Source: the human T2T-CHM13v2.0 reference genome, Homo sapiens. Taken from it: a stretch of DNA of 64,000 bases. A model generated the notes under the pieces. That model ran no database searches and had not been told where the DNA came from. It was given only the letters and a program-made list of their open reading frames with translations. Where the stretch lies: assembly GCF_009914755.1 (NCBI RefSeq), contig NC_060934.1; one strand, 5' to 3'. This document shows, piece by piece, positions 15,391 through 28,965 of the stretch; position 1 is the stretch's first letter; every line of letters begins with the position of its first letter. The position numbers were made by a program, and so were the translations under genes.

Positions 15391-15920
15391 TTTATCTGAA
15401 ACTGTAAGATGACTTTTCCCTTGATTGTGATGAGTGAGTTCCAGACTCTGACTAATTTTTTTCCTGTGGTCTACTTTACTTTAGACCATTTCATAATGAC
15501 TCTCACACATTTAGTTTATGATAAAGATAGATATTTAGGTAGATAGATAAAGAAATAAACAAGGATTTAGATGTATTTATATGTTTAATGCTTTTCTGAT
15601 TCATTAAGGAGACTCTCTTGGTCCTACATTTTTGCAAGAGGAAACTATCTCTTATTCAACCTAGAGGAATGACTTTAGTTTCACTTGGAATTTGGAGAAA
15701 TCTCTTAAGATGCACACGAAACTCAGAGAACTCAACTGCCATAACTAGGCTTTCCAAAACAGTTAACAGGAAAGATGCTTAAAGCCTTTTCTCACTCAGT
15801 ATATCAAAACCAACACAGCTGGCTGACATTTCTCTTTAACTATATACAACAGTATCTAAAGGAGGACTTTGGGAGAAATTACAGGCTTTGGAAACAGCAG
15901 AAAATAGGTGGTTCTGTTTT

Positions 15921-16224
<304 letters not shown>

Positions 16225-16713
16225 GTGGTTCTGTTTTACAACCCCTATCACAAATAAAAATGTGATATTTGAATCACATTTTTAACAAAACAAAGTCGAT
16301 TTTTCAAATATGTTTTTTACAGTATAAAATTATACTGACACAAAAACAAATGCAGCAGCTTTTAAACTAATAATACAATCCCATGGATAATTTCCCCTAA
16401 ATAGCTCAGATGTGTGAATGAATGAATCATACATCTTTGCAGAAAGCAATTTTCTTCAATGAGTTCTACCTGCTGGAATCTTAATACACTGCAGATTGGG
16501 TAAAGGCTTTCAGTTAAAATAAAATGGTAAGACTTTCTCTAGAGCAAAACCTAAATCCTGACGGAGAGATAACTATGAATATATTTAAGGCTGCCTACTT
16601 CTGAGAAGCTTTTCGTCCCAGACATATTTCTTATGCTCACAACAGTTTACTCTGTGAAGGAATCAAGTGATATAAGTGGATTTTAACAATTCTTAACAAG
16701 TTCCATTTCCCTT

Positions 16714-17158
16714 TGCATTAGTGTTCTAGGGTTACTGTAACAAAGTACCACAAACTTGGTGGCTTAAACAATAAAAATGTATTATCACATAGTTCTGGAA
16801 ACTAGGAGAATCCTAGATCAAGATGTTGATAGAACTTCCTTCTCAGGACAGCGAGGACAAATCTGTTGCATGCCTCTTCCCCAGCTTCCACTGGGTTGCT
16901 GGCCATTTCTTGGCTTGTAGGAGCATCAGCCTCCATCTTCAGGTGACATTCTCCAAGTGTGGGTGTCTACATTCAAATTTCCCCTTTTATAAGTATACCA
17001 GTCATATTAGACTAAAGGCTCACCCTACTCCAGTATGATCCCATTTTACCTAAGTACATCTATAATAACCCTATTCACAAATAACGTCACATTCTGAGGT
17101 TCTGGGGGCTAGGACATCAATATAAGAATTTTAAGGGGACAAAATTCAACCCATAACA
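16714..17158 (-). mobile_element. MLT1C-like MaLR solo LTR
   Basis: TG...CA ends, 'aacaaagtaccacaaacttggtggcttaaac' and 'attcaacccataaca'; flanks ccctt/ctctt. Confidence 0.88.
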
Positions 17159-18469
17159 CTCTTAATGTGGTTTGCATTCCTTGATGGGGTGTCGTCTTAC
17201 AAATATCTTACAAGTATTTCCTTAAAAGTTTCTCTCCCCCGCCTTTCAATATTCACTGGTGTATCATGATCATTGGGAAACTAAGGCACTTTAACCACAC
17301 ATCAGATCCAGGAAAAAAACCATACAACCCAGCTGTGAACAGAAGCTGAACATTTTGATGTTAAAAATTAAAAAAAAAAAACTTAAAAAATAAAGTTACA
17401 GTTTTTTAACATCTAGAACATTTACTTATTTATTTACTTTTATATTATTATTTAGTCATTCTGTTTAAACATTTGTTTTTATTTATTTGTTTTATTATGA
17501 AGCTCTTTTCCCCTATGCTGGAACAAGATTTCATCAGGCAAACCTATTCAGCTACATTTGCTTGGTATATTTATAAGTCTAAGGAACAAACCAAAGCCTT
17601 TTATAAGGAACTTGAAACTCAAGACAGAATTAATCATGGTAAGTTAGACATCTGGTCCATAGAGAACCACAAACCAATGCAAAAGCCAGATAGTTTCAAC
17701 ATTCCTTTCTTTTCATAATTGTTGCACAGTTATATCCGTTCTTATGACGCTTTTATCATGAGTCCTGTGCTTGTCCCTCAAATGAAACAAGAAGGTGCTT
17801 GCAGGTAGAAAGGATTTTTACTGGGCTTAGTGTCAGCTCCATTCCATGGCACTTTGCTGACCATGCTAACAATTGGTGCTTGATGCCCTACAGAATGGCT
17901 TTGTTCAATACTGACTTAAGACAGTTAAAAGAGTTGCAGATGATATTACTTCTGGTGAGCAGTGGAGTCACAGATTAGGAGAATAAGAATATAAAGTAGA
18001 CATAGGTTGTAATAGTGGAACCTGAAGTTACAGTGAGAAGTCAGACAATCTGGAGATTGGCTTCTTTTCTGATACTTTACTGCATAGATAGCTTAATTAA
18101 CAAAGTGAAGGTGATGCTTGTTCTCACTATGCCACTGAGAAGTTGGAAGGATGCAAGAGATGAGCAATGTCAACAAGTTTAGTGTCACAGAAATGTTCAA
18201 TCAGACCCTAGATTAACCATGCTGGTTTCTATAAGATATGAAACAGAAAGGGCTAAAGAGCAAATTTAAGTAGGTAAAAAATTAAGTTTACTACCATTTC
18301 TATTCTTCTCTATATTTGTAAGGATATTAAGTGTAAGCTTTGAAAAAGCAAACATCCTTCCACAAACAAGTTGGTCCTAATATATGCCAGATAGTTCTGC
18401 ATGTTTTGATAATAGTAATAATAATACTAATACTGCTACTTCTAATCATTATTATTATTATAATCCTGA

Positions 18470-18700
18470 GAGCTAATTACCATTTACTTAAAGCTTACTT
18501 TGTGCCAGGTGCTGCACTTAAAAATGTATTGTATGTTTTATCTTAATTAATCCTTGCTGAGCTAAAATGAGCTTCATTATTTTCCTTTTTTAAATGATGA
18601 ATCTGAGACTCATATAAATTATGGAACTATGCTAGACCACATAGCTAATGAGAAAGAGAGCAAAGACCATGAAGGCATGTGACCTGAGATTAGCACCTGT
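18470..18700 (-). mobile_element. MIR
   Basis: 'gcttactttgtgccaggtgctg...gatgaatctgagactc...ccacatagctaatg'. Confidence 0.7.
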
Positions 18701-19014
18701 ATCTGTTACACATAGCTGCATTTCTATTCTGGTAGCTTTATGTTTTATGTGACCAAGGGTAATCTACACATTAAATTGTTTGGTTCTTTACAGCATGTGG
18801 CTTTATGGGCATAAGTTCAAAGGTTCTGCTGGAGATTCTGATGTTATGTTAAATTAGAGCAGTTACATTCTCCAGTTGGTTCTCTGGAGGTTGTATGGCT
18901 TGTTGTGATGGGGCTAGGAAAACTGTCACCTAGGTCCAATTTGCCTTGAATAACCATGGGTTTTTTTTTTTTTTTTGGTAATAAACCTATTATGCCCATA
19001 AATTACAGGTCATG

Positions 19015-19160
19015 CTAAAACACCTACGTTGTAGAGACATTATGGAGATTAAATCAGATACTAATGTAATGAACTTACTACTTAGCAAAAACTTATAGAA
19101 CTTACCAGGTACTTAGCAGGAACCACTCACATGCTAAGTACCTAGTAAACTATAATTAGC
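19015..19160 (+). mobile_element. MIR 3' fragment with a local rearrangement/hairpin
   Basis: 'tatggagattaaatcagatactaatgtaa' followed by a 17-bp inverted repeat. Confidence 0.5.
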
Positions 19161-21427
19161 AAAGACAACCACATGTGCATTTACATCATCATTTACATTT
19201 ATATAAAAAGATATTAAAAAATGTAAAGTCCTTGAGGAAAGTCATCATGTTTTATGTGTCCGTGTTGAATCCATTGAGTGTTCAACTCTCCTTAAAAGCG
19301 AAGTCATCGCACAGTGACAAGGCAAGTGCAGTCAGTTATTATGAAGCTAAGGGGATATCCAGCCCCTTTACCTCTGGAGTACCTGGACTGAAAGTACCCT
19401 TGGCCCACAAAAGAATAAGGAGTCTACAGCATCAGACATGTGCCTTCTGATGCAGGCCTGAAGTCTTGATCTGTGTTTCTAAGTCTTGAATAAAACTGTC
19501 CTCCCTCTACCAGACTGCGTCATTACTTCTCTCCAATCTTTGGACAGAATTGATATGTATATTCAGGAGGTACAAATACTACAGAGGCTGAGACTCCAGA
19601 GTCTAGTTCTTTTGGTTGCCCTGTGAGTGTTATACAAGAGAAGAATGCAAAACCATGGCCTATTCTAAATATGTAATATGTTTTATTGTAGATAATCTTT
19701 GAATAATCCTAAATGAGAACTGGGATTGCCTTTTGCTTAAACTCAAGGCAAACAGCTTTGTAAACTCAAGCAATTATCTCAAGATAGACAGTCAGAAAGG
19801 CCTGGTTTGGAATTACATCATTTGAGCTAAACCACTATACTCTATAACTCACCCCATTCCTACCGTCATCAACTTTCATTTTAAATAAGAATACCTATAA
19901 TTTAAAGACTATATTTCTAATTCTCAAAGTTCAGATTCATAGGACACTGACGAGAGTACTTCCAGAGATGTTGCCATTCTGGCATCTCATATTTCACCAT
20001 GAACTTAGTTTAAGAGGGGTGGCTGGCTAGAAATGAGTCCCAGTCCCCCATTGCACAGAGCTGTTTTCTGAAACTTTGCCTCTTTACCCTGTTAGGTAAA
20101 AGCAATATGTGTGACTCCCCAGCAAGTCATCAATCACTTGTTGGGGCTGGATGTGTGTTGCATTAGTTGGTGTTCAACAGTTTGTTTTTTTATGTCAGGC
20201 AACAAAAGGGTTCCTCCTGTCATCCTGAGATTAGAATGCTCTCTGTACATCAACATGGTAGGTATGGACAATTAGATTCACAGGAGTGTTGGAAGATTAG
20301 AAGAGTCCTCACCACCTGGTCCAGACAGAGGAGCCAGGATATTCAGCATTCCTTTAGATTTTAAATGAAAGCCAAAGTAAGAGGCATAGCTCCTGATTTT
20401 CATTTATACAGTCAATAACACAGAAGAAATGAATCTACCCTAGACATTCTTAACCATGAAGCCATATAATTTTTTCCTTCTTGTGATTTTTCATGTACAG
20501 TGAGCTCATGCTATGTTTTGATATCTAAGGACTGAAATGACCTAAGAAGGAGCAATAAATTTAGACATAATCCTTATAGATTTGGATTCTAATAAATTAT
20601 TTACTCATTTATGGGGATAGAAAAATCATTAATAGCAGACATGCTGTGAAAATTTAGACCTGAGTTCCTGTGGGGCCCACATATTCCTGGTAGCTTCACA
20701 GCCCTGATACTGATCTCACCTCAGTGATTCATCAAACAGTGCTTCTATTTTTAGCAGGTAAAAACAAAACAAAACTCATCTCTACAATGTTCAGTTAGCA
20801 TACTTGGTTCTCAGAAATACTGATGTTTCCAAAATGGAGATATCTCAGTGAAAACATCCTTTTGATACCCAGGTACCTATGTTCTCTAATGATGTCCTAA
20901 ATCAGCTGAAACTATCCACAATTTACAGGTGGGATGCTTATCAAAAATTCTGGCCATACTACAATAGAATTGGGCTGGCTACATCTGGTAAGATGAAGAG
21001 TTGAAGTAACCTGGAGTAATCCAGTAGACATGGCAGGTCTGTCTCCAAACAAAAGTCCCAAATCCAGAGGTTTCCAGAGGACCAAAAGCAACAGATGAGA
21101 ATGTAACTGAAAATGGAGAATGGAGATTAAACTCGAGAGGAATAAAGCAGGACTTTTTTGGTCTTCTAGGTAGGATGGTACAACCCTGAAGAGGAGCACA
21201 TCAGGAATAGAAGCACTGACCAGTCAAAAGGGACGCTTATGGCAAACTCAGGCCCATGTTCACAGGCTGTTGATCCAGCCCCAAGATTACTGCTTGTTTC
21301 TAGAGTGAGACAGGGGTTCAGAAGCCAGTGGGTGAACCCTATGCAACATCAGGACAAGACAGAAACACTAATCTCCAAGAAGAACTGTATTAGTTTGTTT
21401 CCACACTGCTGATAAAGACATACCTGA

Positions 21428-21982
<555 letters not shown>

Positions 21983-21993
21983 TAATTCAATCA
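21983..21993 (+). promoter_or_regulatory. DUX4 consensus site TAATTCAATCA in the THE1A 3' LTR
   Basis: Exact match to TAAYYYAATCA; occupancy not shown. Confidence 0.55.
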
Positions 21994-22678
21994 CCTCCCA
22001 TCGGGTTCCTCCTACAACATGTGGGAATTAGGGGAGTTACAATACAATATGAGATTTGGATGGGGACACAGCCAAACCATATCATTCTGCCCCGGGCTCC
22101 TCCCAAATCTCATGTCCTCACATTTCAAAACATAATCATTCCTTCTCAACAGTACCCTGAAGTCTTAACTCATTTCAGCACTAACTCAAAAGTCCTCAGT
22201 CCAACATTTCATCTCAGACGAGGCAAATCCTTTCTGCCTGTGAGCCTATAAAATCAAAACCAAGTTAGTTACTTCCTAGATACAATGGGGGTATGGGCAT
22301 TGGATAAATATAGCCATTCCAAATGGGAGAAATTGGCCAAAAAGAAGGGGCTACAGAACCCATGCAAGTCTGAAATCCAGAAGGGCAATCTAATCTTAAA
22401 GCTCTAAAATGATCTCCTTAGATTCCATGTCTCATATCCAGGTCATCCTGATGCAAAAGGTGGGTTCCCATAGTATTGGGCAGCTCCACCCATGTGGCTT
22501 TGCAAGGTACAGCCTCCCTCCCGGCTGCCTTCACGGGCCGTCGTTGAGTGTCTATGGCTTTTCCAGGTGCACGGTGCAAGCTTTCAGGGGATTTACCATT
22601 CTGGGGTCTGGAGGATGGTGGCCCTCTTCTCACAGGTCCACTAGGCAGTGCCCCATTAGGAACTCTGTGTGGTGGCTC

Positions 22679-23564
22679 CTACCCCACATTTCCCTTCTGC
22701 ACTGCCCTAGCAGAGGTTCTCCATGAAGATCCCGCCCCTACAGCAAACTTCTGCCTGGGCTTCCCGGCATTTCCATACATCTTCTGAAATCTAGATGGAG
22801 GTTCCCAAATCTCAGTTAATGACTTCTGTGCACTCACAGGCTCAACACCATGTGGAAGTGGCCAAGGCTTGAGGCTTGACTCCTCTGAAGCCACAGCCTG
22901 AGCTCTACGTTGACCCCTTTCAGCCATGGCTGGAGCTGCTGGGACATGGCACAGACTAGGCTGCACACAGCACAGGGACACTGGACCCAGCCCACATAAC
23001 CACTTTTTCCTCCTAGACCTCCAGGCCTGTGATGGGAGGGGCTGCCGTGAAGACCTCTGACATGCCCTGGTGACATTTTCCCCATTGTCTTGGTGATTAA
23101 CATTAGGCTCCTTGCTACTTATGCAAATTTCTGCAGCCTGCTTGAATCTCACCTCAGAAAATGGGATCTTTTTTTTCTTTTGCATTGTCAGGCTGCGAAT
23201 TTTCCAAAACTTTATGCTCTATTTCCCTTTTGAAACTGAATGCCTTTAACAGCACCCAAGTCACCTCTTGAGTGCTTTGCTGCTTGGAATTTTTTTCCAC
23301 CAGATAGCCTAAATCATCTCTCTCAAGTTCAAAGTTCCACAAATCTCTAGGGTAGGGGCAAAATGCTGCCAGTCTCTTTGCTAAAACATAACAAGAGCGA
23401 CCTTTGCTCCAGTTCCCAACAAGTTCGTCATCTCCACCTGAGACCACCTCAGCCTGGATTTCAATGTCCATATCATTATCAACATTTTGGTCAAAGCCAT
23501 TCAACAAGTCTCTAGGGAGTTCCAAACTTTCCCACATTTTCCTGTCTTCTTCTGAGCCCTCCAA
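22679..23564 (-). pseudogene. Disrupted remnant of the THE1/MaLR internal ORF
   Basis: Overlapping frames 23154-23564 (MEGSEEDRKMWESLELPRDLLNGFDQ) and 22679-23185 lie inside THE1-int and are frameshifted relative to each other. Confidence 0.7.
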
Positions 23565-23931
23565 ACTGTTCCAGCCTCTGCCTGTTACCCAGTTTCAAAG
23601 TCACTCTACATTTTCAGGTATCTTTTCAGCAGCACCCCACTCTACTGGTATCAATTTACTGTATTAGTTTGTTTTCACGCTGCTGATAAAGACATACATA
23701 AGAATGTATGCAATTTACATAGGAAAGAAGTTTAATGGAGAACTCACAGTTCCAAGTGGCTGGGGAAGCCTCAAAATCACAGTGGAAGGCAGCAGGGAGA
23801 AAGTCATATCTCATGTGGATGGCAGCAAGCAAAGACAGAGCTTGGGCAGAGAAACTTATGTTTTTAAAACCATCAGATCTCGTGAGACTCATTCACTATC
23901 ACAAGAATGGCACAGGAAAGACCCACCCCCA

Positions 23932-23942
23932 TAATTCAATCA
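23932..23942 (+). promoter_or_regulatory. DUX4 consensus site TAATTCAATCA in the THE1A 5' LTR
   Basis: Exact match to TAAYYYAATCA; occupancy not shown. Confidence 0.55.
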
Positions 23943-25402
23943 CCTCCTATTGGGTTCCTCCTATGGCATATGGGAATTGTGGGAGTTACAATTCAAGATG
24001 AGATTTGGGTGGGGACACAGCCAAACTATATCAAGAACCTCATGAAGAGAGTTTGAAGTTAGATACGCAGGTATTCAGCATTTCTATTACTAGATGGAAG
24101 TTTCTTAGACTCCAATGGATTGGAGATCCAGAGCAACCAGACATTCAGTGGTCAAAAAATGATAAATGCCTGAAGTGTATTGTGAGATGCCAGATCCTTT
24201 ATAATGACACGGAGCCTACCTGGAGACAAACTGCAAAGAGCAGCAAAAAGCAAGTTACTAAGTGCTCCTTATTTTCATTATGCCTTTCAGGGGAAGTTAA
24301 AGATTTTTATTTTTAACTTTTTGGCCCTAGAGAAAATTGTATTTCTTGCATTCACTGCTCGTACTTATGCTTTGCAGCATAGACTACATTTATAGACAAA
24401 AAAGAAGGGATATTCTTCTCCTTGTGGATGGTGCACATTTCTAAATAAAGCAGGTGTTTCTAATTAACGAATTTTGCTTGAAGAAAGCAGCTATTTCCAC
24501 CCCTCACCCTCCTCAGAGACAAAAACATGTCCTTATTCTGTTTTACCTAAAAAAGAAAATTATTCACTCAGAGATAAAAAGTCATCTAATTTCATAATTG
24601 TCCTCTATCCTACAAACCAAAATGAAAATTTAAATGAGAATGGAAAGGGGTATCTTGTGAGCCATCTCCAGAAAGTTATCATGGCTGTACAATGTTATTC
24701 AAGACTGAAGCTCTGTTCTGTGAGAACACAGGATCTAGGGCACTATCTGCCAAAGCCCATAACAATGCCTTTGCTGTTCTAACCACCCGTGCCTCAGCTG
24801 ACTTAAAATAAAAGGATTAGCCTAAATCATCTTGAAAATTACATCTTCCTTAAACATCTGTGGACCTATGAAGCATATATTAACACATTCCAGCATGTTA
24901 TTGTTGGAGAATTTCTGTATGTGCAGGCAATGTTAGTGATTTAAAGCTCCCTTTGATATTCTAGGTATCTAAATGCATAATAGCTATTTAATGAATGAGC
25001 AGAAGTATTGCTACCAAAATAAAATTGTATGTCTTCTATATACTGTTTAATGATGATGAATGCCTTTTTAAGTGTGAAATAAATTGTATAAAAATATAAC
25101 ATAATTATATATATATATATTTTATACATATGTATGTGTGTATCTGTCTATCTGTTCATCCATCCACCCACCATAATTCCCTATTTAGTTGTCTGGAGAA
25201 TGTATTTTTTCCATTAACATTATATAGGCTATAAAATATTATCTCATGGCATTCACCATTTTGGGGGCAAAATGATGTTCAATGATCTTTCCCCATCTGC
25301 CTAGCTTAATTTTCTTCATCAAGCTGTGTCTATCTTTGGTAAATCATTCCACCTCTCCACACCTTAATTTCCCCTTTGGTAAAAGAAAAGGCTTGGACTA
25401 CT

Positions 25403-25690
25403 GCAATGTTTCCCCAAGACACTTTTGCAAGATACATAGTAAAAAATAGTGTTCTGTAGTCAAATGTTTGGAAAATGCTGCATTCTGTGTTCCATCTTAG
25501 AAATGCAGTTGCACATTAATACGTTAAATGTTCTGAGATATGACAGGGAAGAAAGTTGCTTACCTTTAATTCTCCCAGTTTATTTCAGACATTTGACTAT
25601 GAAATCCTTTCTTTCTTGAATTATAGCAATTTATAAAGTGCATCAAATGACATGATCTCTGGATTGACATTAAGGACACTTGAAAGTATA
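25403..25690 (+). mobile_element. MER103C-like hAT-Charlie relic, apparently inserted in a MIR core
   Basis: 'gttctgtagtcaaatgtttggaaaatgctgca...gcacattaatacgttaaatgttctgaga...atttgactatgaaatccttt'; MIR-like 'gcttggacta' and 'tttctaagg' on either side. Confidence 0.55.
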
Positions 25691-25821
25691 TAATTTCTAA
25701 GGAGTATTGGATTCTTGGTTTGAATTAAAACTATGATGTTGTTGCAATATGACACAGTCTAATCATGCAACAGGATTTATAAACCCTCATTATGAAATAT
25801 CCATTCCCTACCCAAACCTTC

Positions 25822-25924
25822 CTTATTTTCATAGGAAAAAACAGGTTTAATAATTAGTATTCAGCCTCTTTTCTTATTTTAGGATAAAAAAACAGGTTTA
25901 ATATATAGTATACAGCCTCTTTTC
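25822..25924. repeat. ~50-bp two-copy tandem duplication
   Basis: 'tagga(t)aaaaaacaggtttaata..tagtat.cagcctcttttc' occurs twice in tandem. Confidence 0.85.
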
Positions 25925-26029
25925 CTCCACCCACCTTTAGAAGTGCCTGTGTGTGTATGTGTTTGGGTGTGGGTGGGTGAGTTCGTGGTGGGTATGTGTA
26001 TTTGTGTTTGTATGAAACTTGACTACATT

Positions 26030-26200
26030 TTAGGTTTAGATAGCAGAGAACATGAGGTTGGAAGCTAACTTCCCCAGGCTTGGGTCTGGTTATCATGATC
26101 TAGAAAAATTAACGTATTTCTGCGTTTGTTTCCTTGTCTGGAAAATGGATTCAATAGTAACTTCTAGACCTTACTTATAAGGATGTTGAAAACAAAATCT
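26030..26200 (+). mobile_element. MIR fragment
   Basis: 'gtttccttgtctggaaaatggattcaatagtaac'. Confidence 0.5.
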
Positions 26201-26282
26201 GCAAAACTTGACTCAAGTGGCTTCTCTCATCGTAGAGAAATGAAAACAGTATGGGGAGCTGGATTGACAGCTGTAAAGGATA

Positions 26283-26455
26283 TAGCCTTTTGAGTAAAAT
26301 ACAAGAAGATAGTCTTTGCTCCCAAGCTTGCTCAAAGAGCTATGCCTCAAAGCACCTAAGAAACACCATGTTTGTCCAATTCAAGGAAATGAACCCACCA
26401 TGGTCAGAATGAATTTCAATTCCAATTCTCAATTTGAAGTTACTGTGGTGTTCAG
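26283..26455 (+). repeat. 173-bp dispersed direct repeat, copy 1
   Basis: Ungapped match to 28793-28965 with 13 mismatches (160/173 by manual count). Confidence 0.95.
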
Positions 26456-27411
26456 ATGATATAGACAAATAGACAGACGAGAAGAACTCAGCTCTAAATT
26501 TAAATAAATAAAATCCTAATTTATGAAATACAAGACCTAGAGAGTCTATCTGAATTTCAAAAGAGATAATTTTAAGACAGAAATAGATGATGTAATTGCA
26601 TCAGCCTTGTTATTTTCAAAAATCATCCAAACAGTAACTAGACTAAAATCTATGTCGATAAAATATAGACACCAATGGATGACACTCCACAATGGTAGAC
26701 TCTTAAAGATACAGAGTGACATTTGAAGACATTTACCACTTTTGAAAGCTGAAATTAAATAATCTCAGAGTTGAAGAAGGTCCTTTCATGTGACCTAGCC
26801 TCCTCTGTCCCTTAATATCCTCTGCATGATACCACACAAATATTGTCAAGAATGACCATAAATGTCTCTTATACCTTTGTTCTCTCTTGAGGGTAAAATT
26901 CTTCTCCAGTCTGTTGCATTTTGTTCTTATATAAAGGATTTTGTGGAAAACATGGTGTTTTTGAAATAAAAAAAAAATGACTAATTTATATGACGCCTAT
27001 CAGTGATCTGATTTCACAGACAGAGCTTACATTTAAAAAAACATGTGCACGCTCCATAGGACAAAAACCACTCTTTGTGCAGAACATCAGACTATTGTAA
27101 GAATTGCTTGAAAAGATGAGGTTTGAATGGGAGCATTTGTCAAGTCAATGGATTTCATTGCATCTTGAAAAGAAAAATTAAGAACTCAGTGAAAGGATTT
27201 ATATTCTGTGCTTGCAGAGTTAGTTTTGCCTCACACACATTATTTCCCCCATCCACAGACACATCGTGGAAGGCAGGGTTTTTTTATACTTTTGTTTCAT
27301 GTTCTATCTCGATTTCAGACAGTTTTATCCACTACTAAATGCTTACACTATAGTGTAACTGCTACTATGTGTCTTCCAGATAAGCTATAATTCTATTGAG
27401 AACAAGAACTA

Positions 27412-28058
27412 CAGTCATGTGGCACATAATGATGTTTTGGTCATCAATGCGCTACATATACAATGGTGGTCCTATATGATTATAATATTTTATTCTTACT
27501 ATACCTTTTCTATGTTTATTTTAAATTATTATTATGATTATTTTTTGAGACAGGGTATTGTTCTGTCCCCCAGGCTGTAGTGCAGTGGCACGATTATGGC
27601 AGCCTCAGCCTCCTGGGCTCTCCCACCTCAGCCATCCTAGCAGATGGGACTACAGGTGTGTGCCACCATGCCTGGCTAATTTTTTTGTAGGGATAGAGTT
27701 TTGCCATGTTGCCCAGGCTGGTGTGGACTCCTAGATTCAAGTAATCCATCTGCTTTGGCCTTCCAAAGTGTTGGGATTACAGGCATGAGCCACTGCACCT
27801 GAACTTTTATACATTTAGATATGTTTAGATACACAAATACCTACTATTGTATTACAATTGCTGACAGTATTCAGTACAGTAACATGCTGTGTGGGTTTGT
27901 AGCCTAGGAGCAATGGGTTATACCATATAGCTTAGGCGTGTAGTAGGCTATGCCATCTAGATATGTGTTAGTACACTGTATGTTGTTCACACAATGATGA
28001 AATCACTTAACAATATATTTCTCAGACCGTATTCCCATCATTAAGCAACACACGGCTA
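27412..28058 (+). mobile_element. Tigger3a (MER7A)-like TcMar DNA transposon split by an Alu
   Basis: Starts TA|cagtcatg and ends cacggcta|TA; 'gtttgtagcctaggagcaat' core. Confidence 0.88.
27518..27804 (-). mobile_element. AluJ-like
   Basis: Diverged antisense Alu with small deletions, inside the Tigger element. Confidence 0.9.
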
Positions 28059-28134
28059 TATATTGTAGTCTTCTTTTGTTGATCTCTTAGCTCTTAGATA
28101 AGGGCATACCACAAGAAGGAAGTTCTGCATTTAT

Positions 28135-28260
28135 TGGAGATATATATATATATATATCCAATATTTATCTATTTATATATATATCTGTATTTATATATGT
28201 CTGTATTTATTGGATATATATATATACACACACACACAATTATAGATATATAAATATAAA
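28135..28260. repeat. (TA)n/(CA)n low-complexity tract
   Basis: Direct read. Confidence 0.85.
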
Positions 28261-28319
28261 TTGGCATATGGATAAGTGGATGGAATATAAATCTAGTTTT
28301 AAATTTTTTACAAATGTTT

Positions 28320-28790
28320 TCAGAAGCAGCCACCATAATAAATTTCAAATTATCATTCCTGTGTCTTATGTTTATTACTTTTACATAGATCCATAAAAAT
28401 ATATAGTATTATTTTTATACTTTCAAAATACGTGTTTCTTTTTTCTTCTGTAGCTTGCTTTTACTCAAGAGATTCTAATACATTTCTTCTTACTGCTCAG
28501 TAGTATTTTAATGTATAAATATAACATACTTTTATATGATAGAAGTTGGAGTTTTGTTCTCTATTTTTTACTATTAACAACATGCTGCTATACATATATT
28601 TATACATGTCTCAAATTACACAGGAAAGTGAGTTTCTCTAGAGAATATCCCTAGGAGTGAGATTGCTGTGCCATAGGGTGTACATATGCTCAATATGCTA
28701 GAGATTGCCAGACGCTCCTTCATAATGGTTATTCAAATTACGTTCCTATGGATTCTCATTGTATAAAACTGCAGTTTTCCAACACGAATT
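28320..28790 (-). mobile_element. Old L1M (L1MC/ME-like) fragment, antisense
   Basis: 'gtttctctagagaatatccctaggagtgagattgctgtgccatagggt...ttgccagacgctcc'. Confidence 0.65.
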
Positions 28791-28792
28791 CT

Positions 28793-28965
28793 TAGCCTTT
28801 TGAGTAAAATACAAGAAGATAGTCTTTGCTCCTGAGCTTGCTCAAGGAGCTACATCTCAAAGCACCCAAGAAACTTCATGTTTGTCCAATTGAAGGAAAT
28901 GAACCCACCACGGTCAGAATGAATTTCAATTCCAATTCTCAACTTGAAGATACTGTGGTGTTCAG
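28793..28965 (+). repeat. 173-bp dispersed direct repeat, copy 2
   Basis: Offset exactly 2510 bp from copy 1. Confidence 0.95.

Noticed and set aside
26283-28965. The 173-bp repeats as LTRs of a novel retroelement or as a CRISPR-like array
   Set aside because: There are no TG...CA termini, no flanking TSD (ggata versus ttgcc) and no primer-binding site or polypurine tract. The interior is unique DNA plus Tigger, Alu and L1, and there are only two copies.
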